The translations under genes were made by a program, and so were the position numbers. Of a DNA stretch of 64,000 nucleotides, positions 1 to 13,710 are shown one piece after another. The stretch is from Nemertoderma westbladi (Eukaryota > Animalia > Xenacoelomorpha): NCBI GenBank assembly GCA_032718475.1, contig JAUCBJ010007967.1, forward strand, positions 17,753 through 81,752, given 5' to 3'. The notes below the pieces were generated by a model. The model made no database searches, had not been told where the DNA came from, and worked only from the letters and a program-made list of their open reading frames with translations. Numbering within the stretch: position 1 is the stretch's first letter; each line of letters starts with the position of its first letter.

Positions 1-3000
1 TCCAACAACTAGGATCCGTCCAACAACTTGGATCCGTCCAACAACTTGGATCCGACCAACAACTTGGATCCGTCCAACAACTTGGATCCGACCAACATCC
101 AAATTGGATCCGGCCAACAACTTGGATTCCAACATCTTGGATCCGTCCAACAACTTGGACCCGTCCAACAACTTGGATCCGTCCAACAACCTGGATCCGT
201 ACAACAACTTGGATCCGTCCAACAACTTGGATACGTCCAACAACTCGGATCCGTCCAACAACTTGGATCCGACCAACAACTTGGATCCGTCCAACAACTT
301 GGATCCGACCAACAACTTGGATCCGTCCAACAACTTGGATCCGTCCAACAACTTGGATCCGACCAACAACTTGGATCCGTCCAACAACTTGGATTCCAAC
401 ATCTTGGATCCGTCCAACAACTTGGACCCGTCCAACAACTTGGATCCGTCCAACAACCTGGATCCGTACAACAACTTGGATACGTCCAACAACTTGGATC
501 CGTCCAACAACTTGGATCCGACCAACAATTTGGATCCGTCCAACAACTTGGATCCGACCAACAACTTGGATCCGACCAACAACTTGGATTCCAACATCTT
601 GGATCCGTCCAACAACTTGGACCCGTCCAACAACTTGGATCCGTCCAACAACCTGGATCCGTACAACAACTTGGATACGTCCAACAACTTGGATCCGTCC
701 AACAACTTGGATCCGAACAACAACTTGGATCCGTCCAACAACTTGGACCCGTCCAACAACTTGGATCCGTCCAACAACCTGGATACGTCCAACAACTTGG
801 ATCCGACCAACAATTTGGATCCGTCCAACAACTTGGATCCGTCCAACAACTTGGACCCGTCCAACAACTTGGATCCGACCAACAACTTGGATCCGTCCAA
901 CATCCAACTTGGATCCGTCCAACAACTTGGATCCGAACAACAACTTGGATCCGTCCAACAACTTGGACCCGTCCAACAACTTGGATCCGTCCAACAACTT
1001 GGATCCGTCCAACAACTTGGACCCGTCCAACAACTTGGATCCGTCCCACAACTTGGATCCGAACAACAACTTGGATCCGTCCAACAACTTGGACCCGTCC
1101 AACAACTTGGATCCGTCCAACAACCTGGATACGTCCAACAACTTGGATCCGACCAACAATTTGGATCCGTCCAACAACTTGGATCCGACCAACAACTTGG
1201 ATCCGACCAACAACTTGGATCCGTCCAACAACTTGGACCCGTCCAACAACTTGGATCCGTCCAACAACCTGGATCCGTACAACAACTTGGATTCCAACAT
1301 CTTGGATCCGTCCAACAACTTGGACCCGTCCAACAACTTGGATCCGTCCAACAACCTGGATCCGTACAACAACTTGGATACGTCCAACAACTTGGATCCG
1401 TCCAACAACTTGGATCCGAACAACAACTTGGATCCGTCCAACAACTTGGACCCGTCCAACAACTTGGATCCGTCCAACAACCTGGATACGTCCAACAACT
1501 TGGATCCGACCAACAATTTGGATCCGTCCAACAACTTGGATCCGACCAACAACTCGGATCCGTCCAACAACTTGGATCCGTCCAACAACTTGGATCCGAC
1601 CAACAACTTGGATTCCAACATCTTGGATCCGTCCAACAATTTGGATCCATTCAACAACTTGGATCCGTCCAACAACTTGGATACGTCCAACAACTCGGAT
1701 CCGTCCAAAAACTTGGATCCCTCCAACATCAAATTCGGATCCGTCCAACATCCAACTTGGATCCGTCCAACATCCAACTTGGATCCGTCCAACATCCAAC
1801 TTGGATCCGTCCGACAACTTGGATCGGTCCAACATCCAACTTGGATCCGTCCAACATCCAACTTGGATCCGTCCGACAACTTGGATCGGTCCAACATCCA
1901 ACTTGGATCCGTCCAACATCCAACTTGGATCCGTCCAACATCCAACTTGGATCCGTCCGACAACTTGGATCGGTCCAACATCCAACTTGGATCCGTCCGA
2001 CAACTTGGATCGGTCCAACATCCAACTTGGATCCGTCCAACATCCAACTTGGATCCGTCCGACAACTTGGATCGGTCTAACATCCAACTTGGATCAGTCC
2101 AACATCCAACTTGGATCCGCCCAACATCCAACTTGGATCCGTCCAACATCCAACTTGGATCCGTCCGACAACTTGGATCGGTCCAACATCCAACTTGGAT
2201 CCGTCCAACATCCAACTTGGATACGTCCAACAACTTGGATCCCTCCAACATCAAATTCGGATCCGTCCAACATCCAACTTGGATCCGTCCAACATCCAAC
2301 TTGGATCCGTCCAACAACTTGGATCGGTCCAACATCCAACTTGGATCCGTCCAACATCCAACTTAGATCCGTCCAACAACTTGGATCCGACCAACATCCA
2401 ACTTGGACCCGGCCAACAACTTGGATTCCAACATCTTGGATCCGTCAAACAACTTGGACCCGTCCAACAACTTGGATCCGTCCAACAACCTGGATCCGTA
2501 CAACAATTTGGATCCGTCCAACAACTTGGATACGTCCAACAACTCGGATCCGTCCAACAACTTGGATCCGTCCAACAACTTGGATCCGACCAACAACTTG
2601 GATCCGACCAACATCCAACTTGGATCCGTCCAACAACTTGGACCCGACCAACAACTTGGATCCGTCCAACAACTTGGATCCGTCCTACAACTTGGATCCG
2701 ACCAACAACTTGGATCCGTCCAACAACTTGGATCCGTCCAACAACTTGGATACGACCAACATCCAACTTGGATCCGTCCAACAACTTGGACCCGACCAAC
2801 AACTTGGATCCGTCCAACAACTTGGATCCGTCCAACAACTTGGATCCGTCCAACATCCAACTTGGATCCGTCCAACATACAACTTGGATCCGTCCAACAA
2901 CTTGGACCCGTCCAAAATCTTGGATCCGTCCAACAACTTGGATCGTCTAACAACTTGGATCCGTCCAACATCTTGGATCCATCCAACAACTTGGATCCGT

Positions 3001-3807
3001 CCAACAACTAGGATCCGTCCAACAACTTGGATCCGTCCAACAACTTGGATCAGTCCAACATCCCACTTGGATCCGTCCAACCACTTGGATCAGTACAACA
3101 TCCAACTTGGATCCGCCCAACAACTTGGATTCCAACATATTGGATCCGTCCAACAATTTGGATCCATTCAACAACTTGGATACGTCCAACAACTCGGATC
3201 CGTCCAACAACTTGGATCCCTCCAACATCAAATTCGGATCCGTCCAACAACTTGGATCCGTCCAACATCCAACTTGGATCCGTCCAACATCCAACTGGGA
3301 TCCGTCCAACATCCAACTTGGATCCGTCCAACATCCAACTTGGATCCGTCCAACATCCAACTTGGATCCGTCCGACAACTTGGATCGGTCCAACATCCAA
3401 CTTGGATCCGTCCAACATCCAACTTGGATCCGTCCAACAACTTGGAAACGTCCAACAACTCGGATCCGTCCAACAACTTGGATCCGCCCAACAACTTGGA
3501 TCCGCCAAACAACTTGGTTCCAACATCTTGGACCCGTCCAGCAACTTGGATCCGTCCAACAACTTGGATCCGTCCAGCAACTTGGATTCCAACATCTTGG
3601 ATTCGTCCAACAACTTGGACCCGTCCAACAACCTGGATCCGTCCAACAACTCGGATCCGTCTAACATACAATTTGGATCCGCCCAACATCCAACTTGGAT
3701 CCGTACAACATCCAACTTGGATCCGTCCAACATCCAACTTGGATCCGTCCAACAACTTGGACCCGTCCAACAACTTGGATCCGTCCAACAACTTGGATCC
3801 GTCCAAC
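1..3807. repeat. Satellite/minisatellite array, 18-bp unit TTGGATCCGTCCAACAAC with 22-bp (TTGGATCCGTCCAACATCCAAC) and 15-bp variants
   Basis: Direct reading; unit holds a TTGGA/TCCAA inverted pair and a BamHI site; runs off the left edge of the window. Confidence 0.98.
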
Positions 3808-3993
3808 GTAAGTACAGCGCCATATACCGTAACACCGCTCCAAGGGAAATCAAGCAATGTTTCCCTCCAACTGTAGAAGAGTATAAGGCGATGTATACAA
3901 AACAAAATAATTCGCTTTCAAATAATCTAAATACCTTGGTACTATAATAATTCTACTATTTACAAATATTGCCATAGATATTGCATAATGAAT

Positions 3994-4135
3994 TTACATA
4001 CAAATTAAAATTACAAAAATATTATCTCTCTCAATGTTAACGATTATTACATACAAATTAAATTTACAAAAATACTGTTTTCTCGTTCGTTCTACATAAT
4101 GATTACTACATACAAAATTAAATTTACAAAAATAT
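3994..4135. repeat. Three diverged AT-rich ~55-bp direct repeats (TTACATACAAATTAAATTTACAAAAAT core)
   Basis: Core seen near 3994, 4046 and 4104. Confidence 0.7.
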
Positions 4136-4945
4136 AATTTCCTTTATTTATCTACAAATTAACGGTCTACCTATTGAAATGGAACATGCCTAGGACAATG
4201 TCCCCCATTTCCCATCTCAAATTGACGATCAACAATAACAAAATAGACTAAATATAAACGTATTGCATTAAAGGCCGATAATCAAATTAAATATAAAATA
4301 CGTAATAATTTCTTTCATTTTCGGACTTTACTTAATTTCTTATAAAAAACGCAAATCATCTTGGTTTGATGATTGCTCAGATAAGTGAAAGAAGTCTTAA
4401 GTTCAAGAAACAACTGGACGCGCTCTACACAACTGTATAAATAAATATTACTATTACTCTATAAATATTAACTCAACATCAATTTGCAATATTTATTGTT
4501 AACTATTATTGCAAGTATAATCTATATCTTGAAAAGTTTACTGGTTATTAGGGAATATAAATTATAGGCCTAATACTGTAATAATATATATAATTGATTA
4601 AAAAAGTTAAATATATGAGCATGCCCAAACTGATAAGTGAAAGGAGTAAGCCAAACCCGCGGGTTTGTCTCCCCAATCACTTCCTTTGCCTCTTTCAATA
4701 AACTTTAGAGCAAATAAAGTCATATACACAAAATCAAATATAGTTAAAGTGTTTACTATTTCCAACGGACTATAAAGTAAAAGTATTTCCTTTCAATATT
4801 TTTCGGCCTTCGAAAATAAAACTCTAAAATATGGATACGACTAGTGTATATGAGTCCAGTCGAATGATTGATCAAAACCTACGATATACATCAGAGCGAC
4901 GATGATGTATATGTCTAGAGTTTGTCGCTCCGTGATATTATAGTC

Positions 4946-6174
4946 TCATCGGCTAGCTCCTGGGTCTCTCGGGCTCGCTCCTCTCGTTTGTCCCCTCCCC
5001 AGATACACCAGTCTACCCCCTGTAGACTCTGTTGACGGCGTCCTTGAGGCGTCACTTCCCGGAACCGGCGACGACGTTCCCTGGGCACCGACTATCTCCC
5101 GACTGGTGCTCCTCCCTCGGCCTCGTCCCATTTGCCGTGTCCCTGTGGGCGCTTCCGCCAACTCCTCTTTCTTCAACTATAGAATGGAACTGCTCGTCCT
5201 TGGCTTGACGCTTGCCAAGGACTCCTCCTTCTGGTACTTGCCGCGAGCTGTGAGTTCCGGCTGTTGTCGCTTTGGGCGCGGCGGTCCTGATCCTCCACTC
5301 GTTCAGAGGTCAATGACCCCAAACGAGTCTCCTTAGGCCGCCAATTGTGCGCTGGGTAATAAATCTAGACGTATATATCAGAGCGACGATGATATATAAA
5401 GGATTGGACATATTCGGGCTTAATAATGCGTTCGTCGAAATTTCCCGAAATAATTTTGAGTAAATATCGTATAAATCGCGGATCGTGGGTATAGTTAGTA
5501 GACGGATGGATGGGCGCGAATCTCGCCTGGATACTCAGGCGTGACCTTCCTTTCCTGGTGAAGCGAAGTGAACGTGGTCCAGGAACTCGAGTCCCGTGCC
5601 GCTTCGCGCCGCGCCTCTAGGTCCTTAAAGGCTCGGTATAGCGAAATGGCCGCCGCCGTGTCTATCAAAGTGGGTGTCGAACAGGTTTAATCTCCGTATA
5701 CGGATCTAAAGTCGTAACGGTCGGCGTAATGGGTCTCGGAGGTCGCTTTCCGCTAAAGTCGATACTGATCATCGGGTTGCTCATCGGGTAACCTCCCTCG
5801 TTGTATCCAAGGAACCGGCGAGCCTGACATCGCGTTAATATCGGTTCAGGATGTTGCTCGTTCAGTCGATCGGGAATCGCCACGTCTTGTTTATTCATGC
5901 ATTCACCGCATTTATAGAACAACTTGTATACGCTGAAGACCTTTGGCGTCTCCTAATCCTCGCCTCGAGTCCTCCGGTGCAGATACATTCCGTCGAACTG
6001 ATCTCGGACGGCAGGTAGCGGTTCATCGTGCCGCAAATACATATATCCCAATAGTTCGTTACGCAAACCAATTACACTGTGGGTAAATCAGTTAGATGGT
6101 GCGGAGGGACGAACTTCCCGAGCTACCTGGCCGCCTTCCAGCAGTTCAGTTCGGCTTTCTAGATCCCGTCTCAT
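4946..6174 (-). pseudogene. Decayed GC-rich ORF remnant of unknown, probably transposon, origin
   Basis: ATG at 6174 is in frame with the 5665-5922 ORF through two stops; another frame reads LIDTAAAISL (retropepsin-like); GC content is well above the flanks. Confidence 0.35.
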
Positions 6175-6308
6175 TCCTAACTACCTTCTAACCTATTCCC
6201 ATGCATAGCGCAAAAAACTTCGGAGATAAACTGGCCGTGACCAACTCACTTTTTGATGCCCAAGCTACTCCCCAATACTTGTACTAGACTACAGTAGTTA
6301 GAAAGACA

Positions 6309-8082
6309 AACAACTTGGATCCGTCCAACAACTTGGATCCGTCCAACAACTTAGATCCGTCCAACAACTTGGATACGTCCAACAACTTGGATCCGTCCAA
6401 CAACTTGGATCCGTCCAACAACTTGTATCCCTCCATCATCCAATTTGGATCCGTCCAACATCCAACTTGGATCCGTCCAACATCCACCTTGGATCTGTCC
6501 AACAACTCGGATCCGTCCAACAACTTGGATCCCTCCAACATCAAATTCGGATCCGTCCAACATCCAACTTGGATCCGTCCAACAACCAACTTGGATCCGT
6601 ACAACATCCAACTTGGATCCGTACAACATCCAACTTGGATCCGTCCAACATCCACCTTGGATCTGTCCAACAACTCGGATCCGTCCAACAACTTGGATCC
6701 CTCCAACATCAAATTCGGATCCGTCCAACATCCAACTTGGATCCGTCCAACATCCAACTTGGATCCGTCCAACAACTTGGATCCGCCCAACAACTTGGAT
6801 CCGTCCAACAACTTGGATCCGTCCAACAACTTAGATCCGTCCAACAACTTGGATGCGTCCAACAACTTGGATCCGTCCAACAACTTGGATACGTCCAACA
6901 ACTTGGATCCGTCCAACAACTTGGATCCCTCCAACATCAAATTCGGATCCGTCCAACATCCAACTTGGATCCGCCCAACATCCAACTTGGATCCGTACAA
7001 CATCCAACTTGGATCCGTCCAACATCCACCTTGGATCTGTCCAACAACTTGGATCCGTCCAACATCTTGGATCCGTCCAACATCTTGGTTCCGTCCAACA
7101 ACTTGGATCCGTCCAACAACTTGTATCCCTCCAACGTCCAATTTGGATCCGTCCAACATCCAACTTGGATCCGTCCAACATCCAACTTGGATCCGTCCAA
7201 CAACTTGGATCCGTCCAACATCCAACTTGGATCCGTCCAACATCCAACTTGGATCCGTCCAACATCCAACTTGGACCCATCCAACAACTTGGATCCGAAC
7301 CAACAACTCGGATCCGTCCAACAACTTGGATCAGTCCAACATCCAACTTGGATCCGACCAATAACTTGGATCCGTCCAACATCTTGGTTCCGTCCAACAA
7401 CTTGGATCCGTCCAACAACTTGTATCCCTCCAACATCCAATTTGGATCCGTCCAACATCCAACTTGGATCCGTACAACATCCAACTTGGATAGGTCCAAC
7501 AACTTGGATCCGTCCAACATCCAACTTGGATCCGTCCAACATCCAACTTGGATCCGTCCAACATCCAACTTGGACCCATCCAACAACTTGGATCAGTCCA
7601 ACATCCAACTTGGATCCGACCAATAACTTGGATCCGTTTAACATCTTGGATCCGTCCAACAACTTGGATCCGTCCAACATCTTGGATCCATCCAACAACT
7701 TGGATCCGTCCAACAACTTGGATCAGTCCAACATCCAATTTGGATCCGCCCAACAACTTGGATCCGTCCAACATCTTGGATCCGTCCAACAACTTGGATC
7801 CGTCCAACATCTTGGATCCATCCAACAACTTGGATCAGTCCAACATCCAACTTGGATCCGCCCAACAACTTGGATCCGTCCAATATCTTGGATCCGTCCA
7901 ACAACTTGGATCCGTCCAACATCTTGGATCCATCCAACAACTTGGATCCGTCCAACAACTTGGAACAGTCCAACATCCAACTTGGATCCATCCAACCACT
8001 TGGATCAGTACAACATACAACTTAGATCCGTCTAACAACTTGGATCCGCCCGACAACTTAGATTCCAACATCTTGGATCCGT
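6309..8082. repeat. Second block of the 18/22-bp satellite
   Basis: Same units as 1-3807. Confidence 0.98.
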
Positions 8083-8870
8083 GCACTATTATTTTTATCT
8101 TCTATGTATGTAAAACATTAATCATAGAACCTAGCAACCAATGAAATCTCTTCGCTACCACTGCCTATGTGAATTGAGGCTGGCTCCCCTTGACCCTTCA
8201 AAGATGGAACGAAATAATAATAATAGTTACCAATATTGTAAATCAGGAGTGGCCCCTTAACCCACTGGGCCATATTTATTGCCGCAATAATTATTTATTG
8301 CCGCAATAATTATTTATTACCGCAGGCTTACTTAAATACAGCTTTACTTAAATATGTTTGTGGATTTAATATCATGACGTACTTCGTGGTGGGATATTAT
8401 TATTATTTGTGTGAAATTAATTAGTTGTTAATTTACTTTTAATAAAACTATTTTAAGTTCAGTTAATAATTAAAGCGCAGCGTTTATTGCCGCAATAATT
8501 ATTTATTGCCGTTATAACAATTGGACGTCTTTTAGATATTTCATGATTTTTATGTAATTTAAATATTTTCATAAGTGATTTAAATATTTTCATGAGTGAT
8601 ATAATTATTTTCATACGTACATTATTATATTATTTCAATGTACTGCAGTAATTGTTATGATTTCGATCCTTTTGAGACGCCATAGTACGGGACGGGTTAG
8701 CGGTTACCACCCTCTGCCCTCACCCGGTATATACTCATCCCGCACCCAGTATATACTCACCCCGCACCCGGTACCTACAGACATAGATCAGTACTGCAGT
8801 AGATACGGGTCTCCCGGTAGGCTTAAATATTTTTTTCAGATATTTGCAACTCACGCGGAAACCAACAACA

Positions 8871-9260
8871 ATGGCGTTATTGTGTAGACGAATTTTAGGT
8901 GGACGATTCCGTCGTACAGGTATCCGAGAGCAAACGCGATGCTGTGACGTCATAAATTTATACGGATATTCAATCGCGCGATTTAGCGATTCAACAATCG
9001 GATCACCCGACAATAGTAAACTGGTAACCATGGTAACCGAGGAGAATGAAGAGATACAAGTATCCGAGACACGAACACTCGTACCGGTACCAGACGCAAC
9101 CCGAAACCGACCAGAGAAGATTAGCGACGACCCATCGGGCGCCCATATCTACTACTTCCCCGAACTAACTAACACCCAACGGGACCATCACAAATTACAA
9201 ATCACTGCAGTTAAATCTCATCTCCGTGTGCAATGTATAAATAGGTACAATAGTCCTACA
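8871..9260 (+). CDS. Possible first coding exon of an unidentified gene with an Arg-rich, mitochondrial-presequence-like N-terminus
   Basis: CAACAACAATGGCG start context; MALLCRRILGGRFRRTGIR; CpG-rich; candidate donors AG|GTACAA after 9244 or ACA|GTAAGT after 9260. Confidence 0.4.
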
Positions 9261-9462
9261 GTAAGTTATTAGTTTATTAATTATTTACTATTTATACTGT
9301 AATTACGTTTTATAATAAATTGTTCTGTACATTACATCTTTATCGTTGAGTCGGTCATTGTCACGCTCTCGGTAAAGTTGTACATGTACATAGTGTAATT
9401 ACGTTTTATATTCGTTTAGGTTAGCGTAGTGTAATATTGTATTTGTAACCAAGTAACATAAA

Positions 9463-9600
9463 GGACCCCCTTGGAAATAAGCTGCAAAGCTTTAGGGGTA
9501 ATCCTATATGTTATGTTGGACAATACCTTTATACCGGTACATTGTTTGGTGTATTTGTTATTGTTTTTACATAATGTATAAATAAATCTATCTATCTAAT
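9463..9600 (+). mobile_element. 3' tail of an L2/CR1-group LINE (stem-loop, AATAAA, (TCTA)n)
   Basis: GGACCCCCTTGGAAATAAGC...GCTTTAGGGGTAATCC followed by AATAAATCTATCTATCTA; a similar tail lies at ~25578-25652. Confidence 0.55.
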
Positions 9601-9650
9601 TCCACGAACCCACCCCGTATAAACCGATGGCCAGTCATCCGATGATCTGT

Positions 9651-10242
9651 CATCCACCTTGGATCTGTCCAACAACCAACTTGGATCCGTACAACATCCA
9701 ACTTGGATCCGTCCAACATCCAACTTGGATCCGTCCAACAACTTGGATCCGAACCAACAACTCGGATCCGTCCAACAACTCGGATCCGTCCAACAACTTG
9801 GATCCCTCCAACATCAAATTCGGATCCGTCCAACATCCAACTTGGATCAGTCAAACATCCAACTCGGATCCGTCCAACAACTTGGATCCGCCCAACAACT
9901 TGGATCCGCCAAACAACTTGGTTCCAACATCTTGGACCCGTCCAACAACTTGGAACCGTCCAACAACTTGGATCCATCCAACAACTTGGATCCGTCCAAC
10001 AACTTAGATCCGTCCAACAACTTGGATACGTCCAACAACTTGGATCCGTCCAACAACTTGGATCCGTCCAACAACTTGTATCCCTCCATCATCCAATTTG
10101 GATCCGTCCAACATTCAACTTGGATCCGTCCAACATCCACCTTGGATCTGTCCAACAACTCGGATCCGTCCAACAATTTGGATCCCTCCAACATCAAATT
10201 CGGATCCGTCCAACATCCAACTTGGATCCGTCCAACAACTTG
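9651..10242. repeat. Third block of the 18/22-bp satellite, ending at a TGTAAAAG element
   Basis: Ends mid-unit: CAACTTG|TGTAAAAG. Confidence 0.97.
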
Positions 10243-13200
10243 TGTAAAAGCTTCTGTGGGATATAACTGGCCCTTTTGCTTTGCAATCCAGTTTCCCCCC
10301 AGGCGCTGGAATACTCTAAAAAGCTCTCTAACTCGAATGATGTAAAGCGACCGGCTGATTGGCTGATTTGCTGTACGAGGGGCTTTTTGCTATGTTCTAT
10401 CGGCCAACCAGAGCTATAGCAGCAGAGTATGCAACCAGGACAACCGAGCGGAGTGACTCATTTTGTGTGCTGGCCAAGGGATGCAAAAATCCTGATAGTT
10501 CGGCATTTAGATATTCGTGGAACTTGTGGAATCTGGTGTTCTGCCAATGAGAGCTATTCCTCTCTGTGTAAAAAGATACCTGCAACGGTGTTAGGGACAG
10601 TAGTAGCTGTTTTTTCTTGATACTGTTGTGTTGTTGGTATCTAGGCCAGGAACACCGGCTCTAGAATCAATTCGTTTTCATACTTTAGAAGAAACATTAG
10701 TAGGCTTAAGATTATAGAGCGTATAACTGTTATCTTGTCACATCTTGTCATATCATATCTTAACCTACCGTCTTAATGCTGTTTACTGTTGTGTTTTGGT
10801 TGAATATTATTTGGAGAACATTTATAAAGAACCCAAATTTCCCAATTTTCTTGATACACTACAGGTTAGAGAGACGGGTTATATATAGCGATTGCGACTT
10901 ATATTATTGTGTATGTAGTGAATTTAATGCTATTTGATAAGCACTACATTGGTCCGTTGCTGTTCTCTCTATATATGATAAAATTCATTGACGGTCGGCA
11001 AATTAGTGAGCAGTATTGTGTGTTACCGGTAGTGTGCATGATTGTGACTGATAACTAAGCATTTCCTAAAGAATGCGCCTCATACGTGAATCATAAGCCT
11101 TACCGACTTACCGTTGTGATTAGTATAAGTCATATCTCTGTTTACTTAGATAGAGCGCCACGTCCTAAAGGAACTGTTAATATTTCCCGAAAGTGAATAA
11201 TATTAGTCAGAAATTATTTATTAACGATCAATCGAATAATACAGTAGGCTTCACTGCAATAATAATCTAAGCCCTCAGAATCCAGTCTCCCGGGAATATC
11301 CAGCGGGTGAATGGACGCGCACTAGGCTGGCTTCTGCTAATGTTGTGTTTATTGGTATTAAATATTTGTCATCTTCTAAAGTATATTTATAAACCAAAAG
11401 ACATATAAATTTTGGCAGGTTAAACTGCTAAAGGTCTTCAAAAGCGCGTACAATAACAGTTATTGTCTTTATTGCAGTAAGCAATAAAGTTGAAAGTACC
11501 GGTCAACCGGTAAACCTGAACCGGTACTTCTGTAGGTCAGTAGGCCCAACTGCCAGAACCGGTACTGCTGTAGGTCCGTAGGTCCAACTGCCAGAACCAG
11601 TACTTCTGTAGGTCCGTAGGCCTAACTGTCCTAACCGGTACTTCCAGTATAAGTACATTAGTATTATTCGATTTTGATTATTGTATACCGGTAGGTCTTA
11701 GTATTTAATCAGGGACTGCAGCCCTGGTTCTTTATTGAGACTTTACTTATTTCTGTCAGTTTTATTTCCTAGTAAGTTAATATTGAGCTGAAGACGTGTA
11801 AGTCTGCTCAGATTGTACAGATAATTGTAGGCCGGACTGTTGTCGGATTGTTGTTGGGTTTGGAGAGATTACGGCGTGTGTAGAGTTTGTCCGATAGAGT
11901 GCCGTTAGTAAGTTGGAGCAGCCATAGCTGTAAGGTCAATCCCCTCTTAAAGAATAAGTCGTACTACCGTGTTAGAACGCATACTAACTAACCGTTTTGG
12001 AATCTGCACATACTGTAGTTTATTTAGGCTTGACAGTATTCTGCCAGCGTTTTGGCCTGTGTTTGTTTGTGTGGTCTGTTCAGGTACCGTAATAGTTATT
12101 ACTCAGATATTTGTAGGCTGGATTGTTGTCTAGCTATTATTAGGTCTGAAGAGATTGCTGCGTGTGTAGAGTTTGTCTGATAAAGTGCCGTTAGTAAGTT
12201 GGGGCAGCCATAGCTGTAAGGTCAATCCCCTCTTAAAGAATAAGTCGTACTACCGTGTTAGAACGCATACTAACTAACAATTTCAGAATCTACACGTACG
12301 GTAGTTTATTTAGGCTTGGAGGTAGTCTGCCAGCGTTTTGGTTTGTATTTGTTTGAGTATTCTGTACGGGTAGCGTAATATTTATTATTCAGAGTTTATG
12401 CGATTATTCGCAACATTCATGTCCCCAAGTTTATTCCTACAGTAATTGTGCTTGTTATACATACCGTTATAGTTAAATTAACCCGGTACTACATGGGCTG
12501 CTTGGCGTAGGACAAGACTGGTGACTTTGTGCTCTGGTCACTCCAGCAGATGCCGTGGTTCTTTTAACTGTTCAAGTATATTTAACTACTGATTATTTGT
12601 TGTACCAGTACTTGTACCTAATTTAGGGTTTAGTGTACAGTGCTTTCCGAAAGTAATTAGTGTGTAGGCAGTATATTTGTGTTGTAAAGTGGTTAATAGG
12701 CACGCTGGATCTGGTAGTCCGCGGTAATTAACTTCTAGGTAGGAACACTCCGTGATACTTAACGTAGTACCTATAGCGATACGGCTATAGGTCGTCAGGC
12801 GGTGGTATTTTCCTATCTGGACAGTGCAATATATTTACTACTACTTATTATTTTCAAATACCGTAGTACCCTGTCTGTTGTAATAACCAGAATTCTAACC
12901 CTTTGTTAGACTGGTTTGTAGACTTCCTGTAAAATTACCCTAAAATTTCGTACGTAATAATATTTTTGTTGTGTTTTAATTAGAGATTTAATCTCACCCG
13001 TATCGTAAGTAATTTGTAGTATTAAGTAACTTAGGTAAATTAGAATTATCAGTTTTTAGTGTCCAATAAATAGCACTTCACTGGGAGCGCACAGCTTCTG
13101 TGTAGTGACTTCCCCCAGAAATAATAACATTTATTTCAAATATTGACAAAACCCATTTCAAACAGGTATATATCTATTATAAATCAACTCAAACGGTTTA

Positions 13201-13710
13201 TAAATAGTAAGCCTGCCATACAACAACTAGGTCTCAATATCAGTTGGACTACTGCTTAAATAACGGTAACAAAGTAAGTTAAAGTAACCAAGTAACCCTA
13301 AAATATTCAGAAATTCAATTATTCTAAAATAATTGACATACCGGTATTTACCATAGGCTTATTATATTTATTTCTATAAATTTGAGCTGAAATCATACCG
13401 GTATTCTGTAATTAATTCTAGTCCAGAATTATACTTATATACTATAAGTGTAAGCTGCATACCGGTACGATAGGCCTATTATATATTTATATATATTTGT
13501 GCCAAAATTATATACCTGTATTCTGTGACAAAACTAGTTTACAATACTTATATATACTATAAGCATACCGGTATTCTAATATATTATATATATATCACGC
13601 TACACTGAGTAGCAGTATCGGTAATTAATTATTAGGCCAACGGTGATACTGAATTACTAGACTTGCTTTAACTGTAATATAGCAGTAGGCATTCAACTGT
13701 ACAATCAAAC

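Noticed and set aside
1-10242. Long ORFs on both strands of the satellite (LDPSNN / WIRPTT / LGSVQQ)
   Set aside because: The unit lacks stops in all frames and 22-bp units shift frame freely; an artefact of the repeat
1-10242. CRISPR-like palindromic repeats
   Set aside because: No unique spacers between units, no cas genes, eukaryotic context
10945-10965. CA|TTGGTCCGTTG as LTR end plus primer-binding site
   Set aside because: Not conserved in copies D and E, and I recognise no matching tRNA 3' end
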